This document shows positions 39,501 to 51,115 of a DNA stretch of 64,000 bases, piece after piece; the stretch's first letter is position 1, and the number at the start of each line of letters is the position of its first letter. Made by a program: the position numbers and the translations under genes. Source of the stretch: an uncultured delta proteobacterium (GTDB lineage: Bacteria; Myxococcota_A; Polyangia; Fen-1088); contig CAVYGB010000008.1 of NCBI GenBank assembly GCA_963767925.1, positions 1,440,001-1,504,000 of the forward strand, written 5' to 3'. Below the pieces are notes generated by a model. That model was not told the DNA's origin. It did not search any database and worked only from the letters and a program-made list of their open reading frames with translations.

Positions 39501-39993
39501 AGGATGCGGTTGTTGAAGGGGGTCTTGCAGGTCAGCGCGCTGCAACCGCTGCCCGTGCAGGCGTAGTGGCTGGCCGAGTAGACGCAGGCCCCACTGACGC
39601 AGGTGACGCCGCTCCAGACCGAGCCGGTGGCAGGATCTTGGGGCAGTCGGCGGTCGCGGTGCAGGCCTGCCCCAGGTTGATGCCGGTGAACCGGGCCAGG
39701 GCGAACTCCGCCGAGCCGAAGGCGGCGATGGTGTCGGCGATGGCGCCCTTGGCCTGATAGAGACGACTATCCCCGTAGGGGTAGGTTCCGCTGGGCGCCG
39801 CCGGGCTCCGGTCGCAGCCCTCGTGGTCGGTCGAGCCGTCACCATAGGTGTCGACGCTGCTGGGATCTTCGGCCATCGAGGACGACGTGTCCACGATCAG
39901 CACGAACCGCGGCTTGACGGCCTGAGCCCACGCGATGTGGGAGGTGCCCCAGCCCAGCCCGACCAGGACCACGAAGATAAGCAAACGCCTCAT
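36530..39993 (-). CDS. Secreted vWA-domain protein with about 8 MopE-type repeats, EGF-like Cys repeats and a MYXO-CTERM-like tail; one frameshift near 39636
   Basis: Signal peptide MRRLLIFVVLVGLG..AWA; MIDAS LIVDTSSSM, TPL, VILLTDG, VYVIGFG; tail GGGVSCTCDLG...WLLALAGLAGLRGRWRRWRR. Restoring one G (aag[g]atcct) joins ORFs 39532..40056 and 36530..39412. Confidence 0.83.
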
Positions 39994-40152
39994 CAGAATC
40001 CTGCCCTTCCGAGAGCCCAGATAGGGCTCCGCCCGCGAGTCCAGCCCCCGGCCCATCGACCGGCCCCGCGAGAAACCTGAGGGCCGGGCGGCCTCTCAGG
40101 AAGCGCTCCCCACCTGCCGAGAACACTCGCCGGGGCATCCGCAGAACCGCCC

Positions 40153-40650
40153 ATGCACGCCGAAACACTCAGCGCATGGCTCAACGACTTCTCCGACCTT
40201 CACGTTCGGGCGAAGCAGGGCACCTTGACCGGCCAGCAGCTCGAGGAGTACGTCCGCGCACGTGAGGAGCTGGCCGAGGCGCTCCTGCTCTCCCAGAAGG
40301 CGAGCGCCCACCCCGAGATGGAGCTGCGGCGCGCCCTGCGGGTGGCCCAGGCGCTGCCGGTGGAGCTGGAGATGGCCCGCGGCCGCACCATGGCGATCAC
40401 GCTGGACCTGAGCTCGGGTGGGTTCTCCACCCTCCTGTCCGACGCACCCGAGGTGGGGACCACCATGGGGTTCAAGCTGCGGCTGGGCCGGGGCCTGGCG
40501 CCGGTCACCGGCCGGGCCCGCATCGTCAACGCCGTCCCCCAGACCGGGGCCTTCCGCGTCGGCTTTTACTTCGACGAGGTCCCCAGCGAGGACCGCGAAC
40601 GGGTCGACTACGTTGTCGTCGACGCCGTCCTCAAGCAGTTCGGCCGCTGA
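40153..40650 (+). CDS. PilZ-domain protein with an N-terminal helical extension
   Basis: RRALR (RxxxR) and DLSSGG motifs; RVGFYF. Confidence 0.85.
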   Translation: MHAETLSAWLNDFSDLHVRAKQGTLTGQQLEEYVRAREELAEALLLSQKASAHPEMELRRALRVAQALPVELEMARGRTMAITLDLSSGGFSTLLSDAPEVGTTMGFKLRLGRGLAPVTGRARIVNAVPQTGAFRVGFYFDEVPSEDRERVDYVVVDAVLKQFGR

Positions 40651-40714
40651 AACGGAGCGTCTCGCCGCGCGGGGAGGGTGCGCCCGGACGGTGTCCGCGT
40701 TAAGGTCTGCCCCG

Positions 40715-41400
40715 ATGTCCCAGCGCGCTCCCGCCGCCGTGCTCTTCGATCTCGACGGCACCCTCGTCCACTCCGAGCCGGTCAACGTCGAGTCGGTGGT
40801 CCTGGCGGTCCGCCGCTGGGGCGGCGAGCTCGACGCCGAGGACCGCCAGTTCGTGGTCGGACACTCCTGGAACGAGATCCACCAGCGGCTGGTCGGGCGC
40901 CTCGGCCTACCCGTCGACATGGACACGCTCATCCTGGCCGCGGTCGAGGAGAAGCGGGCCCTCATCAAGGACAGCGGCCTGCCCGAGCTGCCCGGCGCGG
41001 TCGAGGCCGTGCGGCGGCTGGGCAGCCGCTCGCCCCTGGCGGTGGTCTCGGGCGCCAGCCGGGTCGAGGTGGAGGAGGCCATCGACGGCCTCGGCCTGCG
41101 CAGCCACTTCGCCTTCCTGCTGGGCGCCGAGGACTACCAGCGGGGCAAGCCGGACCCCGAGCCGTACCGCCGGGCCATCGAGCGGCTGGGGGTGCCCGGC
41201 CAGCGGCTGTGTGGTGATCGAGGACGCCAGCCCCGGGCATCCGGTCGGCCCGGGCGGCCGGGACCCGGGTGGTGGCGGTCCGGGCGGGCAACTTCTCCGG
41301 CTACGACCTCTCCCTGGCCGACGTCGTCGTCGATACCCTGGACGAGGTCACCCACGACCTCTGCGCCCGACTGGTCCTGCCCGAGCAGATTTCGCGCTAA
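40715..41400 (+). CDS. HAD-superfamily hydrolase (beta-PGM-like), frameshifted near 41205-41260
   Basis: LFDLDGTLVHSE, VVSG, GKPDPEPY, VIEDA. The C-terminus VVAVRAGNF...ADVVVDTLDEV..ISR* is in another frame. Confidence 0.85.
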
Positions 41401-41409
41401 GATCGGGGG

Positions 41410-42349
41410 GTGTTCGAGCACCTGCCGCCTGAAGTCACGCTCTACGAGGTGGGGCCTCGGGACGGTCTGCAGAACGAGTCGCGCCTGATCCCCACCACCG
41501 ACAAGGTGGCGCTCGTCGATGCGCTGTCGGGGACCGGCCTGCGCGCCATCGAGGTGACCAGCTTCGTCAATCCCAAGTGGATCCCGCAGCTCGCCGACGC
41601 CGTCGAGGTCGCCTCCCGGATCAAGCGCCGCGAGGGGGTGACCTATTCGGCGCTGGTCCCCAACCGGCAGGGGCTCGAGTCGGCCCTGCAGGCCGGCATG
41701 ACGGAGATCGCCGTCTTCCTGTCGGCCTCCGAGACCCACAACAAGAAGAACGTCAACAAGACCATCGCCGCCACCCTCGACGCCTTCCGCGAGACCATCC
41801 CCCCGGCGCTCGAGCGCGGGCTGAAGGTCCGCGCCTACGTCTCGACCGTCTACGGCTGCCCCTACGAGGGGGCGGTCGATCCCGGCAAGGCGCTGGAGCT
41901 GTGCCGGGCGCTGCGGGCGCTGGGCTGCTACCAGATCTCGCTCGGCGACACCATCGGGGTGGCCAATCCCCGGCAGGTGCGCGACGTGCTGTCGCGCGTG
42001 CTCGCCGAGACCCCCGCCGCCGACGTCGCGGTGCACTTCCACGACACCCGGGGCACCGCCCTGGCCAACATCCTCGTGTCGGTGGAGATGGGCATCACCA
42101 CCGTCGATGCGGCGCTGGGCGGCCTGGGCGGCTGCCCCTACGCCCCGGGCGCCTCGGGCAACGTCGCCACCGAAGACGTCGTCTACATGCTCGAGGGCAT
42201 GGGGGTGCGGACCGGGGTCGATCTCGACAAGCTGATCGACTGCTCGCCGGCTGGCCTCGTCGCTGGTCGGGCACGAGATGCCGTCCAAGTATTACCGGGC
42301 CGCCATGGGCGCCCGGCAGCGCTCGGCTTCCCGAACGGGGGCGGGCGCG

Positions 42350-42353
<4 letters not shown>
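41410..42353 (+). CDS. hmgL: Hydroxymethylglutaryl-CoA lyase, frameshifted near the 3' end (~42245)
   Basis: EVGPRDGLQNE, ISLGDTIG, HFHDTRG, GLGGCPYAPGASGNVATED. Confidence 0.93.
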
Positions 42354-43153
<800 letters not shown>

Positions 43154-43164
43154 AATGTCGGTCG

Positions 43165-44711
43165 ATGAGCAAAGTCGACGACCTCCGCGCTCTGGCCGAG
43201 AAGATCCGCCAGGGCGGGGCGCCCAAGTACCACGCCAGCAACGCCGCCGCCGGTAAGAAGTTCTGCCGCGAGCGCATCGCCCTGCTGTGCGACGACGGCG
43301 GGCGCGACTTCGTCGAGGACGGCCTGCTCGCCAACGCCACTGGCCGGCGATCTGCCCGCCGACGGCGTGGTGACCGGCATCGGCCGGGTGCACGGCCGGC
43401 CGGTGGCCATCATGGCCAACGACTCGACGGTGAAGGCCGGCTCGTGGGGCGCGCGCACGGTCGAGAAGATCATCCGCATCCAGGAGACCGCCGGCGCGCC
43501 TGCGCATCCCGCTTGTTCTACCTGGTCGACTCGGCCGGCGCGCGCATCACCGATCAGATCGACATGTTCCCCGGGCGCCGCCACGCCGGGCGGATCTTCC
43601 GCAACCAGGTGCGCCTGTCGGGCGCCATCCCCCAGATCTGCCTGCTGTTCGGCCCCTCGGCCGCCGGCGGGGCCTACATCCCGGCCTTCTGCGACGTGGT
43701 CTTCATGGTCGAGGGGAACGCCTCGATGTACCTGGGCTCGCCCCGCATGGCCGAGATGGTGATCGGCGAGAAGGTCACGCTCGAGGAGATGGGCGGCGCG
43801 CGCATGCACTGCGAGGTCTCGGGCTGCGGCGACTTTCTGATGAAGGACGAAGCGAGCTGCCTGGAGGCGGCCCGCGCCTACCTGGCGTACCTGCCCCAGA
43901 ACGGCGCGGAGGCGCCGCCCGCCGCCGCCGCCCGGCCGCCCGCCCGCGGGCGGCCGCCGCATCGACGAGATCCTGCCGCCCAAGGAGAACCAGGCCTTCG
44001 ACATGCACGAGCTGATCGACGCACGGTCTGCGACGAGGGGAGCTTCTTCGAGATCAAGCGGCTCTTCGCCCGCGAGATCATCACCGGCTTCGCCCGCGTC
44101 GGGCGGACGGGCCGTCGGCATCGTGGCCAACCAGCCCAAGTGGAAGGGCGGGGTGCTGTTCGTCGACTCGGCCGACAAGGCGGCGCGCTTCGTCTGGCTG
44201 TGCGACGCCTTCAACATCCCGCTGCTGTTCTTCGCCGACGTGCCGGGCTTCATGATCGGCAAGGCGGTCGAGCGCCAGGGCATCATCCGCCACGGGGCCA
44301 AGATGATCTCCGCGATGGCCGACGCCACCGTGCCCAAGATCTCGCGTCATCGTGCGCAAGGCCTACGGGGCGGGCCTCTACGCCATGTGTGGACCGGCCT
44401 TCGACGCCGACGCCACCCTGGCGCTGCCCCAGGCCATGATCGCGGTGATGGGGGCGGAGGCCGCCGTGAACGCCGTGTTCGCCAACAAGATCGCCGCCCG
44501 GCCCGAGGCGGAGCGAGCGGCCTACGTCGAGGAGCTGCGCGACCCAGTACCGCGACGACATCGACATCGCTCAAGCTGGCCGCCAACCTGCACGTCGACG
44601 CCGTGGTGCCCGGGCGACGACCTGCGCGGCGAGCTCGATCGGCGGCTCTCGACCCTCTCGACAAAGGTCGATCCGGGCTACCCGCGCCGGCGGGCCGTCG
44701 TGCCGGTGTAG
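43165..44711 (+). CDS. Acyl-CoA carboxylase carboxyltransferase subunit (methylcrotonyl-CoA carboxylase beta / YngE-like), multiple frameshifts
   Basis: [74 protein letters not shown], spread across shifting frames. Confidence 0.88.
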
Positions 44712-44716
44712 CCCCG

Positions 44717-45943
44717 GTGCCCGGGACCGGTCTGATCTGCATCTCGGCGTCCGAGGCCCGCCGCCGGCTGGCCGGCTGGGTGCCCCGCCTGGGCACCGAG
44801 GTGGTTGACCTGGCCGAAGCCGTCGGGCGCGTGCTGGCGGCCCCGCTGCGGGCGCCCGAGCCGGTCCCGGCCTTCCCCCGGGTTGCGATGGACGGGTTCG
44901 CCGTGCGGGCGGCCGACCTGGCGGGCGCCGACCCCGGCGCGCCGGTGACCCTGCGGCTGACCGGCCGGGTGGCGATGGGGGAGCAGCCGGTGGCCCGGGT
45001 CGGCCCCGGCGAGGCGATGGCCGTCTCCACCGGGGCCCACCTGCCTCCGGGGGCCGACGCCGTGGTCATGCTGGAGGAGGCCGCCACCGGACCGGCGGGC
45101 AGCGTGCAGGTGCTGCGCCCGGTCGCCTCCGGTCGCCACGTGGCGGCCGTCGGGGAGGAGCTCGCCGCCGGCAGCCTGGTGATCCCGGACGGGCGGCGGA
45201 TCCGGGCGGGCGAGGTGGCGGCGCTCGCCGCCTTCGGGGTGGTGCAGGTCCCGGTCTTCCGGCGCGCGCGGGTGGCCATCCTGTCGACCGGATCGGAGCT
45301 CCGCCCTGCCGAGCAGGTCCCCACCGGCGGCCAGGTCCGCGACATCAACCAGCCGGCGCTGGCCGCCGCAGTGCAAGCGCTGGGGGCCCGGACCACCCAC
45401 GCCGGCATCGTGCCCGAAGATCCCCAGGCCCTGGCGCAGGCGCTGGCGCGCCTGGCGCCCGAACACGACCTGGTGCTCGTGTCGGGGGGCACCTCGGTGG
45501 GCCCGCGCGACTTCACGGGCGAGGCGGTCGCCCACCTCGGCGCCGAGCTGCTGTTCCACGGGCTCGAGGTGCGACCGGGGCGCCCGACCCTGGCGGCCCG
45601 CCTGGGTGGCAGCGCCCTGTTCGGACTGCCCGGGGTGCCAGCCGCCGCGCTGACCATTTTCCAGGTCTTCGTCGACCCCGCCCTGCGCGCCCTGCAGGGA
45701 GAGGCGCCCGCCCCCGCGCCGACCCGGACCGCCTGGCTGGAGGCGCCCGTGGCCTCCCGCCGGGGACGCGAGGACTATCTTCGCGTGCGCCTGACCGGGT
45801 CCGGCGCGGAGACCCGGGCCGCGGTCATCACCGGCCCCACCTCGCTGGCGTCGCTGCTGCGCTCTGACGGCCTGGTGGTGGTCCCCGAGGAGGTGGAGAC
45901 GCTGGCCGGCGGCACGGCGGTCGAGGTCTACCTGTCCGGTTGA
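44717..45943 (+). CDS. moeA: Molybdopterin molybdotransferase
   Basis: [49 protein letters not shown]. The start is approximate. Confidence 0.92.
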   Translation: MPGTGLICISASEARRRLAGWVPRLGTEVVDLAEAVGRVLAAPLRAPEPVPAFPRVAMDGFAVRAADLAGADPGAPVTLRLTGRVAMGEQPVARVGPGEAMAVSTGAHLPPGADAVVMLEEAATGPAGSVQVLRPVASGRHVAAVGEELAAGSLVIPDGRRIRAGEVAALAAFGVVQVPVFRRARVAILSTGSELRPAEQVPTGGQVRDINQPALAAAVQALGARTTHAGIVPEDPQALAQALARLAPEHDLVLVSGGTSVGPRDFTGEAVAHLGAELLFHGLEVRPGRPTLAARLGGSALFGLPGVPAAALTIFQVFVDPALRALQGEAPAPAPTRTAWLEAPVASRRGREDYLRVRLTGSGAETRAAVITGPTSLASLLRSDGLVVVPEEVETLAGGTAVEVYLSG

Positions 45944-45953
45944 TCGCCGCCCG

Positions 45954-47039
45954 TCACCCGTTCCCGCACTGCCCGCGCTGGCGCAGGAAGTGGTCGGCCA
46001 GCACCAGCGCCATCATGGCCTCCACCATGGGCACCGCCCGGGGCAGCACACAGGGATCGTGGCGGCCGCGGGGCTTGAGGGTCGTCTCGCGGCCCTCCAT
46101 GTCCACCGTCGGTTGCTCGCGGAGGATCGTCGCGGTCGGCTTGAACGCTGCCCGGACGACGATGTCCTCGCCGTTGGAGATCCCGCCCTGGATGCCGCCC
46201 GACCGGTTGGTCCGGGTGCGGATCTTGGCGGCCTGATTGTAGAAGTGATCGTTGTGCTCCGAGCCGCGCAGGAAGGTGCCGGCGAAGCCGCTGCCGCTCT
46301 CGAACCCCTTGCAGGCCGGCAGCGACAGCATCGCCTTGCCCAGGTCGGCCTCCAGCTTGTCGAACACCGGCTCGCCCAGCCCCACCGGAACGCCCCGGGC
46401 GACCGCCTCGACCACGCCGCCGAGCGAGTCGCCTTCCTTGCGGGCCCCATCGATGAGGGCGATCATCTGCTCGGCCACGGCGCCGTCGGGGCAGCGGACG
46501 ATGTTGCTCTCCACCTCCGCGCGCGCGACCAGCGCCGGGTCGACGGCGGCCTCGACCTGGGCGACCCGCTTGACCCAGGCGACGATCTCGACCCCCGCCA
46601 GCGTCGCCAGCAGCTTGCGGGCGATCGCCCCCGCCGCCACCCGCCCCACCGTCTCGCGGGCGCTGGCCCGGCCGCCCCCCTCCCAGGCGCGGATGCCGAA
46701 CTTGGCCTGGTAGGTGTAGTCGGCGTGGGAGGGGCGGTATTTGGTCCGCATCTCGTCGTAGTCCCCCGAGCGCTGGTCGGCGTTGCGGACCAGCAGCGCG
46801 ATGGGCGTCCCCTGCGTCTTGCCGTCGATCACCCCGGACAGGATCTCGACCTCGTCGGCCTCCTTCCGCTGGGTCGTGATACGGCTCTGCCCGGGCCGCC
46901 GCCGGTCGAGCTCCACCTGGATCTCCTCCCGGGAGACCTCCAGACGCGGCGGGCAGCCATCGATCACCACGCCCACCCCGGGACCGTGCGACTCCCCGAA
47001 TGTCGTTATGCGAAATAGAACCCCGAACGAGCTCGACAC
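45954..47039 (-). CDS. aroC: Chorismate synthase
   Basis: [47 protein letters not shown]. Confidence 0.98.
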   Translation of the reverse strand: MSSSFGVLFRITTFGESHGPGVGVVIDGCPPRLEVSREEIQVELDRRRPGQSRITTQRKEADEVEILSGVIDGKTQGTPIALLVRNADQRSGDYDEMRTKYRPSHADYTYQAKFGIRAWEGGGRASARETVGRVAAGAIARKLLATLAGVEIVAWVKRVAQVEAAVDPALVARAEVESNIVRCPDGAVAEQMIALIDGARKEGDSLGGVVEAVARGVPVGLGEPVFDKLEADLGKAMLSLPACKGFESGSGFAGTFLRGSEHNDHFYNQAAKIRTRTNRSGGIQGGISNGEDIVVRAAFKPTATILREQPTVDMEGRETTLKPRGRHDPCVLPRAVPMVEAMMALVLADHFLRQRGQCGNG

Positions 47040-47242
47040 CCGCCCAGGCTACCACAGGCGCCTGAGCCCCCGCGCAGGGCGGCATGGCACTCCAGGCCGG
47101 GCCTCACCTCCGCGAAAACGCTGGGCTCCTGGACGTTCCCCGGGCCATGGCCCGTTTCGCTCCAATTGGCGAACACTGTAGGGCATGTCTGGACTTGTGC
47201 GCTTTCAGCTACGATTATGACCCGGCCCCGGAGGCGAAAACG

Positions 47243-48591
47243 ATGCGCAGACTGACCTTCACCGTGCTCCTCATGACCCTCGGCTGCTCCAGCGGCTCGG
47301 ACAACGGTACCCCTGGCACCGGCGGCGCCGGCGGCCAGGCCCCCACCGCCGGCAGCGGCGGGCGCGGCGGCAGCGCCCCCTCCGGCAGCGGCGGCTCGAC
47401 GGCGGGCACCGGCGGCGCGGCCACCGGCGGCAGCGCCGGCTCCGCCGCCGGCAGCAGCGGAACCGGCGGCGCAGCCGGCTCCCCCGGCACCGGCGGCACC
47501 CCCGTCCCCCCCGCGACGGCGGCCCCCCCCGCACCCCCGACGCCGCCCCCCGCGCTGACGGCGGCCGCGCTGACACGGGCAACACGTCGCCCGCGACCAA
47601 CCCCTTCGTTTACGTCAGCACGGGCAACTTCGGGGGCAACCACCTCAACATCTATCAGCTCGACTTGCAGACCGGCGCCCTGACGGCGAGGGGCATGGCC
47701 GCGACGGGAGCCGGGCCCACCTACGGCGCCTTCCATCCCAACGGCACGTCGATGTACGTGCTCAACGAGAGCGGCTCGCGCATCGAAGCCTTCAGCATCA
47801 ACCGCGGCACGGGCGCCCTCACCAAGCTGAACGACGCCTCGAGCGGCGGCAGCGGCCCGGCGCACCTCTCGGTCCACAAGAGCGGGAAATGGGTGCTCTC
47901 CTCGAATTACGGCAGCGGCCATGCGGCCGCCCTGCCCATCATGGCCGACGGTCGGGTGGGCGCTCCGGTGATGCCCCGGGTCGCGGGCGCCGAGGCACAC
48001 ATGATCGTCGACGACGGGATCACCGGAAAGTTCGTGTTCGTCCCCTCGAAGGGCACCAACCGCATCCTCCAGTACCGGTTCGACGAGATGACGGGCCAGC
48101 TCACGCCCAACACGCCCGCCTTCGTCGCCCAGGCCGGTCAGCCCAGACACATGACCTTCCACCGGAACGGGCTCTCCGCCTACCTGCTGACCGAGGGCGG
48201 CCGAACCATCGTTTCTTACAAGTACGACTCGATGACCGGCCTGCTGAGCGACGGGCAGTCGATCGCGGCCGCGCCGGGCGGCAATGGTGCGCACATCGCC
48301 GTGCACCCCACCAAGGAGTTCCTGTACGCGTCCATCCGCGGGGACAACAGCATCGGGATCTTCGCCATCGGCGCGGAAGGCCGCCTGACCCTGGTCACCC
48401 ATGTCCGCGACGGCGTCTCGAACCCCTGGGACTTCGCCTTCGACCCCTCCGGCAACTTCTTGCTGGTCGCCAACGACGGCAACAGCACGGTCCGGGTCTT
48501 CCGCGTCGACCAAGCCACCGGCCGCCTCACCTCGGTAGGCAGCGGAGCAAACATCGGATCCCAGCCGCACTTCGTCGGCGTCCTCCCCTGA
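47243..48591 (+). CDS. Lipoprotein lactonase (6-phosphogluconolactonase-type 7-bladed propeller), frameshift in a C-run near 47505
   Basis: Lipobox MRRLTFTVLLMTLGC, Gly/Ser linker, then PFVYVSTG, GPAHLSV, SNYGSG, AHM, PRHMTFHRNG, FLYASIRG, PWDFAFDPSGNFLLVAN. Confidence 0.85.
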
Positions 48592-49024
48592 ATCGAAAAG
48601 GGGCGTCGCCCCTGCCGTCAATGGGCGGGGTCGACGGTGGACAAGGAACGTGATTTCGGGGTCGGTGAGTCGCTCAGGTCGAAGAAGCCCGACTCCGCTG
48701 AGCCGGAGTTGTCTCGCGACGACCTACTACGAGGGGCAGTGATCCGATAGTCCGCGTGCCGTTGGATGGTCTGGGGGGCCCTGCCAGGCACCGGGTTGGG
48801 CGGTCCGCTCCTCAGCTGTGTCGGGGAGCCGTGCGCGCGAGACTGAGCGAACGCGAAGCCAGTCCCGCAGGAGATCCCGGAAGATCCCCTAGGTCAGAAA
48901 GCCTCGCGGCGGGCGCCAACGCCTGTACGCGATCTCACACTGTTACGCGATGCAGACAAAGATCTTGCAGCATCTCGCCGCGTGTTGTTAGACATGTTCC
49001 AACTCACGCGGGGCAAGAATATCC

Positions 49025-51106
49025 ATGAGTAGCCGCACCTGAACTCGTAGCTCAGCTTCGCCTATCACGGCGTCTCGTCTCCTTGCGCTTCTCGCCAGCA
49101 TCGCTATGGCCGCCTGTGATCAGCCGAATCGGTATGATCCTACGTTGCATGGTTTTCAGCCAATGGTTGTCGACGGAAGTACGTCAGATGGACCAGGCCG
49201 GGGCAGCGTTGGTGCAGGCTCGACTCCAGCGACAGACGGTCCCGAGCCGGATCCTTCGTTGGGTTCGTCCAATTGTTCTACCGGCTTCCATGTCTGCAGC
49301 AGCTCGTGCGTTGAAAACAGATCACCAGAGAACTGCGGAACCTCCTGCGAGGCCTGTCCAGCCATCGGCGGAGGGGTTGCTACATGCGACGGGTTTCGCT
49401 GTGGAGTGGCTTGTCCAAGTGGCCAAAAACCGTGTCTCGATCGCTGCGTGCCCGAAGGCGACGTTTGCGACGGTGCTTGCCCAGATGGAAAGAACTCATG
49501 TGGCGGTGTTTGCGTAGAGGCAACAAGCTTGAGTGCGTGCGGCTCCTCTTGCTCCCCTTGTCCCGCATCACCAGACGGGGTGAGCAGTTGCGATGGGGAC
49601 AGGTGCACACTGACGTGCAATCCCCGGTTTCATCGATGTGGCGACGCGTGCCTTAGCGACAACAACGTCACCACCTGCGGGAACTCGTGTGCACCCTGTC
49701 CTGTACCGGCCGGAGGTCGGGCCACCTGCGATGGCACGAAGTGTGGCGCAGAGTGCCCTGAGGGTTCGATCCTATGTGCCGGCGCCTGCATCCCAAGCAA
49801 CCAAGCCTGCAATGGAGTCTGCCCTTCGGGCCAAAGACAATGCTCCGGAATGTGCGTCCCCACTGACGATGTAAACTTCTGCGGCTCCTCCTGTCTCCCC
49901 TGCCCGACGAAAGACAACTCGGACGCCAAATGCCAGGGCGGAACGTGCACCTATTCCTGCCGAGCGGGGTATCACAAGTGCGGAGATCTCTGTCGGGACG
50001 ATCGCAGCGTTGAAACCTGCGGGAGCCGCTGTGAGCGCTGTCCCTCTCCCACGAACTCGACGCCGAGTTGCAACGGGTCATCTTGCAGCTTCACGTGTAA
50101 TCCCGGAACCCATCAATGCGGCGACGCCTGTGTTGCCCGGACTCAATCTTGCAAGGGCGCCTGTCCAGCCGGACTTCGCGTCTGTGGAGCCGCTTGCGTC
50201 GACGGCAATTGCTGCAACGACGGGGATTGTGGGGCTTGTAAGACCTGCCAGAGTAGCCGCTGTGTGAGTACCGGCAACGGTCAGCCCGGCCCTAGCTGCT
50301 CAGGGGGTACCTGTGCGGGCGACAACCTGACCCGAAGGGTGTGCCAGCAAGGTGAATGCAGAGAGAGCAACACCAGCTGCAGCGGCTTCGGCTGCGACGG
50401 AAGCTCTGCCTGTCGAACAAGCTGCGGCCCAAACACCTTTCGTCGTGGGAACGCATGTGTCTCCTGTGGCGGCAATTCCGGGCGCTGCTGTCCTGGAGAC
50501 ACAAGAGACTGCTCAAATAACTGTGGCGACAGAGGCACCGCACGTTGCAACAACGAAGGAGCCTTCGACATGAGCGGTTGTCCCGCGAATCGGTCACCTG
50601 GCCAGACAGACAGGAGCGCCTGCGGATCTACCTGCGCAAGATGCGGCGGGAATGACGAGTGCCGAGGCGGACGCTGCCAACCACCTTGTGGGGCCAACGG
50701 TGATCAGTGCTGCCCAGGGAACACGTGCAACGGTTCCAATCTGTTCTGTGACGGCAGAAGCTGCGTCCAGAAGCTAGGTCGCGGCAGACCATGCGGTAGC
50801 AACAACAATTGTCAATCTGGGAAATGTGGAGCCGTCACAGGAGAAGGTGTCTGCTGCGACAGTTGCAGAGACGGCGACGTTTGCAGCAGCGACGGAACCT
50901 GTCGCGGCGGCCCTGGGAAATCGTGCAACCCTCAGGGGTCTAACACCTGCCTCTCTGGCTTTTGCGAACCAGCGGGAACCGGCACGTGCCAGGATGTCAA
51001 CGGAAATCGAATCACGTGCAACCCGAACACGAGTCAAGAAGAAGAATGCATCGTTCCCTTCCATGAATGTCCGGTGACCCAGGGTAGGTGCTCAGAGCCC
51101 TTCTAA
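49025..51106 (+). CDS. Very Cys-rich repeat lipoprotein; signal peptide interrupted by an in-frame TGA (ORF track starts at 49106)
   Basis: Repeats of the type xxNCGxSCxxCP...ATCDGxxC; lipobox LLALLASIAMAAC upstream of and including the ORF-track start. Confidence 0.75.
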
Positions 51107-51115
51107 GCATCGGGG

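Noticed and set aside
49040..49042. Selenocysteine codon
   Set aside because: The TGA lies in the n-region of a signal peptide, not at a catalytic or Cys-equivalent position, and I could not identify a SECIS hairpin.
48592..51115. Mobile element or prophage explaining the low-GC segment
   Set aside because: No transposase, integrase, tRNA target or terminal repeats were found.
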